From an uncultured Anaerolineaceae bacterium (lineage in GTDB: Bacteria > Chloroflexota > Anaerolineae > Anaerolineales > DRKV01), in assembly GCA_964524425.1 (NCBI GenBank), contig CAZGDA010000002.1, forward strand, positions 1 to 62,256: a DNA stretch of 62,256 nt, written 5' to 3'. This document shows positions 1 to 8,959 of the stretch, piece by piece. Below the pieces are notes generated by a model. It was given only the letters and a program-made list of their open reading frames with translations, did not search any database and was not told where the DNA came from. The position numbers were made by a program, and so were the translations under genes. Within the stretch, counting starts at the first letter, position 1, and every line of letters starts with the position of its first letter.

Positions 1-6
1 ATAGGT

Positions 7-1545
7 TTGTTGTTCGCAGCATTATGGAAAACCGCCACGGAAGCAGCTACAGCCCTGCGAGATTACGGCTTATGCTTCCTGCTCAGTATTATTCCAGGCG
101 TCATAACCATTCTGGCTTTTCAAGGCGTAGTCTCCTCCGACTACGCCTATTTTATAGAAGATTTCGGCTTTCTGTTTGTTGGGCTGGCTTTCTTCATCGC
201 TTATTTAAACCACGCCGAGCATCCTGCAAGTTTAAACATCAAATTGATGTCGCTGGTGCTGACGGCTGTCATTGTCGCCTTTGCGTTTGTGGCTTTTTTT
301 GAAAACACCCAGCTAAATGAACAACTTGGGAAGCAACGTGCGATTCAACTTACAGACGTGCGCAACGCCTTGATTTTCAACGAAATGGGACGTATACCAC
401 AGGAAGTGGTTTACATCGTCTCGCGCGCCGATGGCACCGACCAACACCAAGACGCCTTTGAACAAATTTATCCACTCAGCGCCAACAGAGTAGATGGCGT
501 GGCTCTGATGCAAGAGTCCAAACGCTGGGAGACTACAAACCTGGGCAGCCTGGTGAACTCAGCTTATTTAGCCGAATTACCAGAAACGCGGGTCGTGCTA
601 CGTTATGGAAAGAATCCCCCCGGCTCCATTCCTGAATTCATGGGATATCAATTTGACCTGGCGGGACGTTCGTTCGAGGTTGGGTTTCACGTCTACGAAC
701 ACCAGTTGACCTTGCACAAATACGCCTTGCGGCTTCTGTTGTTACTGGTGCTTTACTCTCTGGTGATTTTATTCGTGTTTCCGTTGTTCTACCGCACAAA
801 CTTGTTAAAGCCCCTGCACGTTCTCCTGGAGGGCGTGAAACAAGCGCAGGCTGGGAACCTGAAAGTGGTGCTGCCAGCCAGGTATGAAGACGAGATCGGA
901 ATTTTGACGCGCACCTTCAACAGTATGATTAATACAATAAGATTAGCGCAGAACGAATTGCAAACCATTAACGAAGAACTGGAAGAACGCGTGCGTCAGC
1001 GTACCGCAGAACTGGCAGAGAGCGAGGCGCGTTACCGCCACCTCGCCACAATTGACCCGCTGACCGGTTTATTCAATCGGCGTCATTTTTTCGAGTTCGC
1101 TGGACAAGAAATTGAACGCTCCCTGCGCTATCACCGCGCCGTTTCGGCAATTATGTTTGACATTGACCATTTCAAGAAAGTCAATGACACCTACGGACAC
1201 GCAGCTGGCGACGTCGTTCTAAAGGAAGTCGCCAAGCATTGCCAAGATAAACTGCGTGAGGTGGACATTATCGGGCGCTATGGCGGGGAAGAATTTGTCG
1301 TCTTGCTGCCCGAAGCCACCCTGGAAACCGCCAGGCAGGTAGCCGAGCGGCTGCGGGCGGAAGTTGCCTCGTTGAGCGTCTCGGCACCCGACGTAGAAAA
1401 ACCCATCCTAGTTACCATCAGCCTGGGTGTGGCAGAACTGGGCGGCGAGTTCTTAACCGTAGACAAGCTGCTCGCCAACGCGGATTACGCCCTTTACCAA
1501 TCAAAACAAACCGGCAGAAATCGGGTTACTACCTTTGCGTCTTGA
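7..1545 (+). CDS. Membrane-bound diguanylate cyclase (N-terminal TM/periplasmic region, HAMP-like linker, GGDEF domain). The frame is open to the window edge, so the true start may lie upstream.
   Basis: C-terminal 'DPLTGLFNRRHF...FDIDHFKKVNDTYGHAAGDVVL...RYGGEEFVVLLP' is a canonical GGDEF domain. Hydrophobic N-terminal segments and a coiled-coil linker are present. Stop TGA at 1543-1545. Confidence 0.85.
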   Translation: MLFAALWKTATEAATALRDYGLCFLLSIIPGVITILAFQGVVSSDYAYFIEDFGFLFVGLAFFIAYLNHAEHPASLNIKLMSLVLTAVIVAFAFVAFFENTQLNEQLGKQRAIQLTDVRNALIFNEMGRIPQEVVYIVSRADGTDQHQDAFEQIYPLSANRVDGVALMQESKRWETTNLGSLVNSAYLAELPETRVVLRYGKNPPGSIPEFMGYQFDLAGRSFEVGFHVYEHQLTLHKYALRLLLLLVLYSLVILFVFPLFYRTNLLKPLHVLLEGVKQAQAGNLKVVLPARYEDEIGILTRTFNSMINTIRLAQNELQTINEELEERVRQRTAELAESEARYRHLATIDPLTGLFNRRHFFEFAGQEIERSLRYHRAVSAIMFDIDHFKKVNDTYGHAAGDVVLKEVAKHCQDKLREVDIIGRYGGEEFVVLLPEATLETARQVAERLRAEVASLSVSAPDVEKPILVTISLGVAELGGEFLTVDKLLANADYALYQSKQTGRNRVTTFAS

Positions 1546-1659
1546 CGCGCGCCTTCAAAATAGAGTATATGTATAATATATCGGTTAATTTTATAAAAAT
1601 AATAAAATGGGATACGTACCTGAAACATAGAACTGGCGATATTGCAATGAGGAGGTGCC

Positions 1660-2919
1660 ATGAATACGTTGAATGATGTTCTAGCGGTCATCTTGGGCGG
1701 TGGAGTAGGCAAGCGCTTATACCCTCTGACAAAAGAACGCGCCAAACCCGCCGTTCCAATGGCAGGGAAATACCGTTTGATTGACGTTCCCTTGAGCAAT
1801 TGTATTAATTCAAACATTCATCGTATATCTATCCTCACGCAATTCAATTCCGTGTCGTTACACCGCCACATCACACAAACGTATAACTTTGATTCGTTTC
1901 ACAGCGGCTGGGTGCAGATCTGGGCAGCCGAACAGACCCCAACCAGCAACGAATGGTACCAGGGAACCGCAGATGCAGTGCGCAAACAGCTTTCCGAAAT
2001 TCGCACCACAGACGTGAAATACGTGCTCATCCTAGCCGGAGATCACCTCTACCGCATGGATTATGAGGCTATGGCAGAGTACCATTGGAAGACCGGCGCC
2101 GAGATCACCGTCGCCGTGCAACCTGTTTCGCCGGGGAACACGTCCCGTTTCGGCATCCTGCGCCGTGCTGCAGATGGACTCATCACAGACTTTGCAGAAA
2201 AACCCAAAGACCCAGATCAATTGCAAAAACTCGTCAGCCGGGATGATCCTGCACGTCCCTACCTTGGCTCTATGGGAATTTACATTTTCAACACAGACGT
2301 GCTTTTTGAATTTTTACAGAGCACACCTTACACAGATTTTGGTGGAGACGTTATCCCGCGCGCTGTGCGTTCCCACAAAGTGTACGGATTTGATTTTGAC
2401 GGCTACTGGGAAGACATTGGAACAATCCGTTCCTTTTACGATACAAATCTCAGTCTTACCCAACCGAACGCTCCGTTTGACATGTTCGACGCCAATGCCC
2501 CCATCTACACCCACCCGCGTTTCTTGCCCGGCTCCATCCTGGACGGGGCAACCCTGCACAACGTGCTTATGACGGACGGTTGCCGCATCGGAAGAGCAGA
2601 CATCCAGGATTCAATCATCGGTCTGCGTAGTTTGATTGCCAGTGGCACGGAAATCCGTTCGACTTACGTGATGGGCAACGATTATTATGAGGCGCCGGGA
2701 ATCAGCCATCGTTACGAAGTCCCGCTGGGCATCGGCGCAAAATGCTACATCGAAGGGGCAATTTTAGATAAAAACGTGCGCATTGGAGAAGAAGTGGTCA
2801 TCAAACCCTTCGCGCGCGGCACAGACCTGGACGCTGATAATTACGTCGTGCGGGATGGCATTGTGGTCATCCCAAAACGCACAGTCGTTCCGGAAGGGAC
2901 ATATATTGGACCAGAGTAA
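1660..2919 (+). CDS. glgC: Glucose-1-phosphate adenylyltransferase (ADP-glucose pyrophosphorylase)
   Basis: N-terminus 'LAVILGGGVGKRLYPLTKERAKPAVPMAGKYRLIDVPLSNCINSNI' matches the GlgC signature. GAGGAGG Shine-Dalgarno sequence just upstream of the ATG. C-terminal left-handed beta-helix-like region. Confidence 0.9.
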   Translation: MNTLNDVLAVILGGGVGKRLYPLTKERAKPAVPMAGKYRLIDVPLSNCINSNIHRISILTQFNSVSLHRHITQTYNFDSFHSGWVQIWAAEQTPTSNEWYQGTADAVRKQLSEIRTTDVKYVLILAGDHLYRMDYEAMAEYHWKTGAEITVAVQPVSPGNTSRFGILRRAADGLITDFAEKPKDPDQLQKLVSRDDPARPYLGSMGIYIFNTDVLFEFLQSTPYTDFGGDVIPRAVRSHKVYGFDFDGYWEDIGTIRSFYDTNLSLTQPNAPFDMFDANAPIYTHPRFLPGSILDGATLHNVLMTDGCRIGRADIQDSIIGLRSLIASGTEIRSTYVMGNDYYEAPGISHRYEVPLGIGAKCYIEGAILDKNVRIGEEVVIKPFARGTDLDADNYVVRDGIVVIPKRTVVPEGTYIGPE

Positions 2920-3101
2920 AAAAAACCAGCCCGAACAAAAACGACGACAAGGAATATCTAAGCAGTTGTCTCCCTTGCCGGCAGAGGAAATGATCCGTGT
3001 GGCAGGCTAGACGGATCCACGCAGCGGTTAATACTGGTAAATTTTTACGATTTGTTGTATACTCTAATATCTCATCATAGTATTTTGGAGGGTCGAAGCC
3101 G

Positions 3102-4235
3102 ATGAAAGTATCCGTTTTGCAAGAGAATCTGGCACATGGATTGAATGTCGTTTCGCGGGCTGTTTCGCCGCGCAGCACCCTGCCAGTGCTGGCGAACATC
3201 CTCGTGGCGACCGATGGGGGTAGGCTGCGTCTTTCAGCAACCAATCTGGAATTGGGCGTTACGTGCTGGGTGGGGGCAAAAATAGAAGAAGAAGGCTCTA
3301 CTACTGTGCCGGCGCGCACCTTTAACGACCTCGTCTCTACGTTAGTCAGCCAGCAGCTCGATTTATCTCTAACCGTGCGCACGCAAACCCTCAACGTGCG
3401 CAGCGGCGCATCGAACACAAACATCAAGTGTATTGACGCCCAGGAATTCCCTCCCATGCCGGTGATTGATACGGCTGACGGAATTCAAATCAGCGTAAGC
3501 GATTTGAAAGAAATTATCCAGCAGGTGGTTTTTTCTGCCTCCACCGACGACGCCAGACCAGTTTTAACCGGTGTGCTGCTCAAAGTAGATGGACGGACAA
3601 TCACACTATCGGCAGCGGATGGGTTTCGGCTTTCCAAACGTTCTGCCGAATTGGCGGCTGCCGTTCATCAACCGGTCAGCGCCATTATCCCGGCTCGGGC
3701 GCTCAGTGAACTGGCACGCGTGGCTGCGGATGGAAACGAAATGGTTACCATGCAATTCCCGCCCGACCGTAACCAGGTCATCTTCACCATGAAAGACGTG
3801 CAACTGGTCTCCCAACTCATTGAGGGTACGTACCCCAACGTGGATCAGGTCATCCCCCTGCGTTGTGATACACGCACAGTCGTCTCTACAGCGGCTTTTC
3901 TAAAGGCATGCAAGCAGGCTGAAATTTTTGCCCGCGAAGGTAACTTCATCGCCCGTCTGAACGTTGTTCCGGGAAATGAGCTTTCCCCAGGCAAGGTAGA
4001 AATATCTGGACAATCCGAAGAGACTGGTTTTAGCCAAACAGACACCGAAGCGACCATTGATGGTCCAGCCTTGCTGATCGCCTTTAATGTGCGTTTCTTA
4101 CGCGAAGCGCTGGAAGCGGTCAAAACACCTAACGTTGTATTGGAGACCACGGTTAACACCAGCCCCGGTGTGATAAAACCAGCCGGAGAGACAAACTTCT
4201 TGCACGTCATCATGCCCATGCACCTGGCTAGCTAA
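3102..4235 (+). CDS. dnaN: DNA polymerase III beta sliding clamp
   Basis: 377 aa. 'MKVSVLQENLAHGLNVVSRAVSPRSTLPVLANILVATDGGRLRLSATNLELG' is a typical DnaN N-terminus, and the length fits three clamp domains. Confidence 0.93.
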   Translation: MKVSVLQENLAHGLNVVSRAVSPRSTLPVLANILVATDGGRLRLSATNLELGVTCWVGAKIEEEGSTTVPARTFNDLVSTLVSQQLDLSLTVRTQTLNVRSGASNTNIKCIDAQEFPPMPVIDTADGIQISVSDLKEIIQQVVFSASTDDARPVLTGVLLKVDGRTITLSAADGFRLSKRSAELAAAVHQPVSAIIPARALSELARVAADGNEMVTMQFPPDRNQVIFTMKDVQLVSQLIEGTYPNVDQVIPLRCDTRTVVSTAAFLKACKQAEIFAREGNFIARLNVVPGNELSPGKVEISGQSEETGFSQTDTEATIDGPALLIAFNVRFLREALEAVKTPNVVLETTVNTSPGVIKPAGETNFLHVIMPMHLAS

Positions 4236-4258
4236 CCAGAAGCTGCGTTTGTTGTACA

Positions 4259-4699
4259 ATGCCAGATATTGTATATCCCACCTCCTTACCGACTGTATCT
4301 ACAGACCGGGTTCTGAACATATATCTGACGCTGGTGCAGTACCCGATTTTACGCACGCGCATCCGCGCCCACATGCGCCGCGACCTGTTTGAACGCGGCA
4401 TCATCACCCCCCAGGTGTTTGAAGACCACGTCCGTGAGGAAGCCATTCGCTCTCAAACGCGCGAAGGCGTGCGTGACCCCGTGCGTCAGGAGCCGCGCGA
4501 CGTCTGGGAAACCCGCCTGACGCGAGTACGGAATCACCTCACCGATTTTTATTTCGCCAACAACCTGCCCTATTATCTGTTCGAGCAAATTGTGCGCGAA
4601 GAAATTCACAAACAGGGCACCGTCTCCGAGGATATTATCGTTTCTTTCAACCCGGAACTGGCGCCCCAAGACATGCTCTTTGAGCAAGGGTTGCTATAG
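4259..4699 (+). CDS. Hypothetical 146-aa protein, ending 5 nt before the PEP/pyruvate-binding ORF. It may be the N-terminal part of the same gene or translationally coupled to it.
   Basis: Clean ORF with no family motif I recognise. Stop TAG at 4697-4699. The next ORF's frame is already open from 4684. Confidence 0.5.
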   Translation: MPDIVYPTSLPTVSTDRVLNIYLTLVQYPILRTRIRAHMRRDLFERGIITPQVFEDHVREEAIRSQTREGVRDPVRQEPRDVWETRLTRVRNHLTDFYFANNLPYYLFEQIVREEIHKQGTVSEDIIVSFNPELAPQDMLFEQGLL

Positions 4700-4704
4700 A
4701 ATAC

Positions 4705-6609
4705 ATGCCCGCAGAAAGGCGCGAACGTTTTACAGCGCGGTTGCAAGAAATCAAAGTCGTGCTTATCCGCACAATGATCAGCGACCATCTCGCCTACATA
4801 AAAACCGCCAAAGAGTGGTTCAAAATGGAAGACCTGCTGGAAATCCGCCGCCGTAAAATAGGCGGGGGAAAAATTGGCGGCAAATCGGCTGGCATGCTGC
4901 TCGCAAACCGCATACTTCAATCCACCTTAGACGATGAGGAACTGCGCGCCTCGTTAAAAATGCCCGTTTCCTACTACCTTGGCTCTGACCTCACGTATGA
5001 CTTCATCGCCAGCAACGCCTTAACGCGCTGGATGGACCAAAAATATAAAAGCGAAGCAGAAATTCGCGCCGAATATCCACAAATTGTGGATGACTTTCTG
5101 CACGGTACGTTTCCGGCAGACATCATCGAAAGGCTTAAGGCGCTTCTGGTTGACGTGGGGCAGGAACCCATTATCGTTCGTTCCTCCTCCTTGTTAGAAG
5201 ACAATCTAGACCTGTCCTTTGCCGGAAAATATGAAAGCATTTTCTGCCCAAACCAGGGATTGCCTGACGAAAATCTGCACGACCTGACTCAAGCCATCCA
5301 ACGCGTAATTGCCAGCACGTTTAACCCAGACGCCCTGCTTTATCGGCGTAGTAAGGGCGTGCAAGATTACGACGAGCGCATGGCAGTTTTGATCCAGGTG
5401 GTGGAAGGAGAACGCTTCCGCCATTATTACATGCCTCACGCCGCCGGGGTGGGCTTCAGCCGCAATTTATACCGCTGGTCGCCGCAGATACGCCGTGAAG
5501 ACGGGTTCCTGCGCCTGGTGTGGGGACTGGGCACACGCGCTGTGGATATGGTGGGGAACGATTACCCCCGTCTCGTGGCGCTTAGCCATCCGTTGCTGCG
5601 CCCGGAAAGCTCGCCGCGCGACGTAAACCGCTATTCCCAGCACTTCGTGGACGTGATTGATTTACGCAGCAACCAGTTTAAAACGTTGCCTATCCACGAA
5701 GTGTTGCAGCCGAACTATCCCGCCCTGCGTTACCTGGCGCAGCAGGACATGGGCGGATATTTGACCTCTATCCGCAGTAAAATACTGGATGAGGACGCCA
5801 GGCAATTGGTGCTCACCTTCGAGGAATTGTTACGCCGCACCCCTCTGGCGGAACGAATGCGCAAGATTTTGCGCCTGCTGGAAACACATTACAAAGTGCC
5901 AGTGGATACGGAATTCACTGTTGAAATCATGCAAAATAGCGGCGGTCAGCCAGACGTGCAAATCTCCATTTTACAATGCCGCCCACAAAGCCACTTCCAG
6001 GGAGAGGAAGTAAGCCTGCCAGCCGACCTGCCCGATGAAGACATAGTCTTTTCAACGCGGCGCATGGTGCCGCGCGGTTGTGTCAAGAATATCCGCTACG
6101 TCTTGTTTGTTACTCCGGAGGGATATTACACCTTGCCGACCGCAACGGCACGCGCCGGCTTAAGTCAAGCCATCGGCAAACTAAACGCAGCCCTGGCAAA
6201 TGAGACCTTCATCTGCGTAGGACCAGGACGCTGGGGCAGCAATAACCCGGACCTGGGCGTCCACATCAGCTATGCAGACATTTATAACACCAGTGCATTA
6301 ATAGAACTGACCGGTGCCGGGGTTGGCGCGGCTCCACCGGAGCCTTCTTTCGGCACACATTTCTTTCAAGATTTAATGGAAGCGCGCATTTACCCTCTCG
6401 CAATTTACCTGGATGATAAAGACGTCATTTTCCAAAGAAAATTCTTTTATGAGCCGCCCAACGCCCTCAAGGAGTTTTACCCCGGCGGGACGCCGCTTTT
6501 AGATTGTCTGCGCCTCATTGATGTGTCTTCTTATCGCCCCGGATATCACCTGGAAATGGCAATGGACGACGACCAAAGCCGCGCGGTTGCTTATTTAGTT
6601 CGCGATTAG
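4705..6609 (+). CDS. PEP/pyruvate-binding (PPDK/PPS N-terminal ATP-grasp) domain protein without a recognisable phospho-histidine swivel domain
   Basis: 'GGKSAGMLLA', 'VRSSSLLEDNLDLSFAGKYESIF', 'MAVLIQVV' and 'VDTEFTVEI...ILQCRPQS' parallel the nucleotide-binding domain of PEP synthase / pyruvate phosphate dikinase. The C-terminal ~250 aa are unassigned. Confidence 0.7.
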   Translation: MPAERRERFTARLQEIKVVLIRTMISDHLAYIKTAKEWFKMEDLLEIRRRKIGGGKIGGKSAGMLLANRILQSTLDDEELRASLKMPVSYYLGSDLTYDFIASNALTRWMDQKYKSEAEIRAEYPQIVDDFLHGTFPADIIERLKALLVDVGQEPIIVRSSSLLEDNLDLSFAGKYESIFCPNQGLPDENLHDLTQAIQRVIASTFNPDALLYRRSKGVQDYDERMAVLIQVVEGERFRHYYMPHAAGVGFSRNLYRWSPQIRREDGFLRLVWGLGTRAVDMVGNDYPRLVALSHPLLRPESSPRDVNRYSQHFVDVIDLRSNQFKTLPIHEVLQPNYPALRYLAQQDMGGYLTSIRSKILDEDARQLVLTFEELLRRTPLAERMRKILRLLETHYKVPVDTEFTVEIMQNSGGQPDVQISILQCRPQSHFQGEEVSLPADLPDEDIVFSTRRMVPRGCVKNIRYVLFVTPEGYYTLPTATARAGLSQAIGKLNAALANETFICVGPGRWGSNNPDLGVHISYADIYNTSALIELTGAGVGAAPPEPSFGTHFFQDLMEARIYPLAIYLDDKDVIFQRKFFYEPPNALKEFYPGGTPLLDCLRLIDVSSYRPGYHLEMAMDDDQSRAVAYLVRD

Positions 6610-6701
6610 GAATATTCAAGTTGAATACGTTGACGGTGCTTGAATATGCTTGAATAGTAGTGCCCAAGCGCTGCTTGAGAACTACGCCTGAATACTTTTT
6701 T

Positions 6702-7736
6702 TCAGGCTGCTTCCCGGCAGGCTGTCATCCATTTTTCCGGTTTTTGAGCATACGTATCCAGGGGAAGCTCACCGCGGCTGAGCGCGAGCAGGGTGTCGTT
6801 AAGCATCCGGTTGACCGGCGTGGAAACGCCAAACCTCTCACCGAAACGCACCACAGCCCCGTTGAGAAAATCCACTTCCGATTGACCGCGTCCGTTATGC
6901 AAATCTATGTGAAAAGAAGGCATTTTCCCCCCGCGGCTTTTCCCAATAACTCGCGCCGCAAACGGTCTGGATAGCGCCGAAGGAAGAGCCTGGGCAACCA
7001 TAGCCAAAACACGCACGTGCGTACGCGGCAAATCCACTACGTGGATATTCTGCGCCTTCATCACAGCCAGCGTTTCGCGCAGTTGCGCCACTTCGAGGGC
7101 GTAAAGCTGTGGATGAGCAAATATGGCTGCCGGCGGCATATCTAATATTGCTGAACTGGCGTTTGCCAGCAGATTTGTGAGCATTTTAGACCACTTCATA
7201 TCCGCTGCATCTGGGAACAGGCTGGCGTTCAGACCGGCTGTTTGCATGGCGGATACGAGCGCCTGTGAAAGTGGGTGCCCGGCGGCTATGCCCACGCCGC
7301 GCAGTCTCTCCACGTTGATGTTTCCAATACCCCTGCGCCCGACCGCAGTCGTAACCGAAGCGGCGATGGCTTTCCCATTCCCCAGGGTTTGTTCAATCAC
7401 ACCTTCGTTCTCAACGCCATTCTGCAGCGAAAGGATAGGAGGAAAATGTTGGCGAAATGGAAAGATGGATTGCAGCGCCCCCGCCGTATCGAACGACTTC
7501 ATCGCGAACAAAGCCACGTCATAATCCCCTCCAGCCAGGGCATTTTCCACGCTGGTTACCACCTGCGGGTTCGGGACATGATATTCCTGATCGTTCAAGC
7601 GCAAAAACAAACCGCGCTGGCGCAATTCTGCGGCTGGCTGTTCGCGCTCAATAAACGTAACGGAGTGTTTTTGTAATGCCAGGCTTCCGCCAATGTAGGT
7701 ACCGATGGCGCCTGCTCCAAACACAAGAACGCGCAC
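6702..7736 (-). CDS. 2-dehydropantoate 2-reductase (ApbA/PanE) family oxidoreductase
   Basis: N-terminal Rossmann 'MRVLVFGAGAIGTYIGGSLA'. Length of 344 aa and overall pattern fit the ketopantoate reductase family. Confidence 0.75.
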   Translation of the reverse strand: MRVLVFGAGAIGTYIGGSLALQKHSVTFIEREQPAAELRQRGLFLRLNDQEYHVPNPQVVTSVENALAGGDYDVALFAMKSFDTAGALQSIFPFRQHFPPILSLQNGVENEGVIEQTLGNGKAIAASVTTAVGRRGIGNINVERLRGVGIAAGHPLSQALVSAMQTAGLNASLFPDAADMKWSKMLTNLLANASSAILDMPPAAIFAHPQLYALEVAQLRETLAVMKAQNIHVVDLPRTHVRVLAMVAQALPSALSRPFAARVIGKSRGGKMPSFHIDLHNGRGQSEVDFLNGAVVRFGERFGVSTPVNRMLNDTLLALSRGELPLDTYAQKPEKWMTACREAA

Positions 7737-7751
7737 ACAAACCTCCTTGCT

Positions 7752-8411
7752 CTATTGGGCGCGGTTCTGGCGCGCTCGCCAGCCAACCAGCCGTTCTGTG
7801 CCGTCCATCAGGCGTTTGATGTTGGGACGCAGCGCCCAGATCACGATGATTTCCAACAACACCCCGTAAAAAACATACACCCAGGCGCCGTTCTCAAACG
7901 CGGCGCGATACGTAAACACAAGTATAGAAACAAGACCGACGCTCAGAGTGGCAAGAGAAGCGTACCCCACACCAAACCAGAAAAGCACGCTGACAGGCAC
8001 AATAATAAAGAAACTTGGCCACCACAGCCCAATTGCACCGCCCACGCCTGTGGCTCCACCTGCGCCGCCGCCCAGGTGGATTCTGCCGTGCTCATCTTTC
8101 TTCGTCATAAAGATAGAATAATTGTGCCCGATAGTGGCGGCTAAGGGTGCCAATATTTGCAGCCAGAGGCTTTCTGGAACAAAATAGCGCGCCATCCACA
8201 CAGCTAAAATGCCCTTAAACGCGTCCAGCAAGACGGTGGCAAATCCCGCTTTTACACCGGCGACGCGCATGGTATTGGTTGTCCCCGTCCGTCCGCTCTC
8301 GTGTTGCCGCACATCTTTGCCCGTTACCATTTTAGTAATGATGTATCCGAAAGGAATTGCTCCAACCAGGTAAGAGGCTGTGAGCACAACGACAATTGAA
8401 ATGACCAACAT
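7752..8411 (-). CDS. plsY: Glycerol-3-phosphate acyltransferase PlsY (acyl-phosphate dependent)
   Basis: 'GAIPFGYIITKMVTGKDVRQHESGRTGTTNTMRVAGVKAGFATVLLDAFKG' matches PlsY motifs. Polytopic membrane protein of 219 aa. Confidence 0.9.
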   Translation of the reverse strand: MLVISIVVVLTASYLVGAIPFGYIITKMVTGKDVRQHESGRTGTTNTMRVAGVKAGFATVLLDAFKGILAVWMARYFVPESLWLQILAPLAATIGHNYSIFMTKKDEHGRIHLGGGAGGATGVGGAIGLWWPSFFIIVPVSVLFWFGVGYASLATLSVGLVSILVFTYRAAFENGAWVYVFYGVLLEIIVIWALRPNIKRLMDGTERLVGWRARQNRAQ

Positions 8412-8534
8412 TAAGCTAAATCCCTTCCATAATAACTAGAATTCGTTAATTATACACTTTATTTAAATAAAATAACACGTAGGAAAGCAAATGGTTGCTG
8501 AGTGTAAATGTAATATACTCACAAAGTGTTTTCC

Positions 8535-8562
8535 TTGACAAATGACCAGTTCTGGCTATAAT
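8535..8562 (+). promoter_or_regulatory. Near-consensus sigma70-type promoter for the T-box leader/trpB2
   Basis: TTGACA (8535-8540), 16-nt spacer, TATAAT (8557-8562), read directly from the sequence. Confidence 0.55.
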
Positions 8563-8569
8563 ATAACCA

Positions 8570-8916
8570 TAACAAAATAAAGGAAAGACTGCGAAGAGGA
8601 AGAGTAAGCAGCGAAACGATGGACAGAGAGCCAGGGTAAGGTGTGAGCCTGGTACGTACGCCGCCGTTGAATGGACCTCGGAGTTGCAGGGCGAACAGCA
8701 TTCGCTAAGTAGCCTGCGCCGGATTTGCCTCCGTTATCCAGGCATCATCATGCAGATGGAAATTCATCTAAGTGATTGACTCGAGTGAGGCTGGCTCATT
8801 TTTCCCGTCGCATCACCGGCGGGTTTTTTTGTTAAAGAGCCATTGTCTAAGCGGGGTGGCACCGCGGGAGCATAATTTGCCCTCGTCCCGGATTTGGGAT
8901 GAGGGCTTTTTATTTT
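8570..8916 (+). promoter_or_regulatory. T-box riboswitch leader with tryptophan (UGG) specifier, ending in an intrinsic terminator
   Basis: Stem I elements: AGAGAG at ~8626, then CCAGG-GTAAGGTGTGAG-CCTGG. Specifier-loop context is GAA-TGG-A, with TGG at 8672-8674. T-box sequence is GCGGGGTGGCACCGCGGGAG (8851-8870); its UGGC bulge is complementary to a G73-CCA tRNA-Trp end. Terminator stem 8879-8906 is followed by TTTTTATTTT. The downstream gene is trpB-like. Confidence 0.8.
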
Positions 8917-8959
8917 AACTTTGCGTATAAATCTAAGTATATTTTTCTAGGAGGATATT

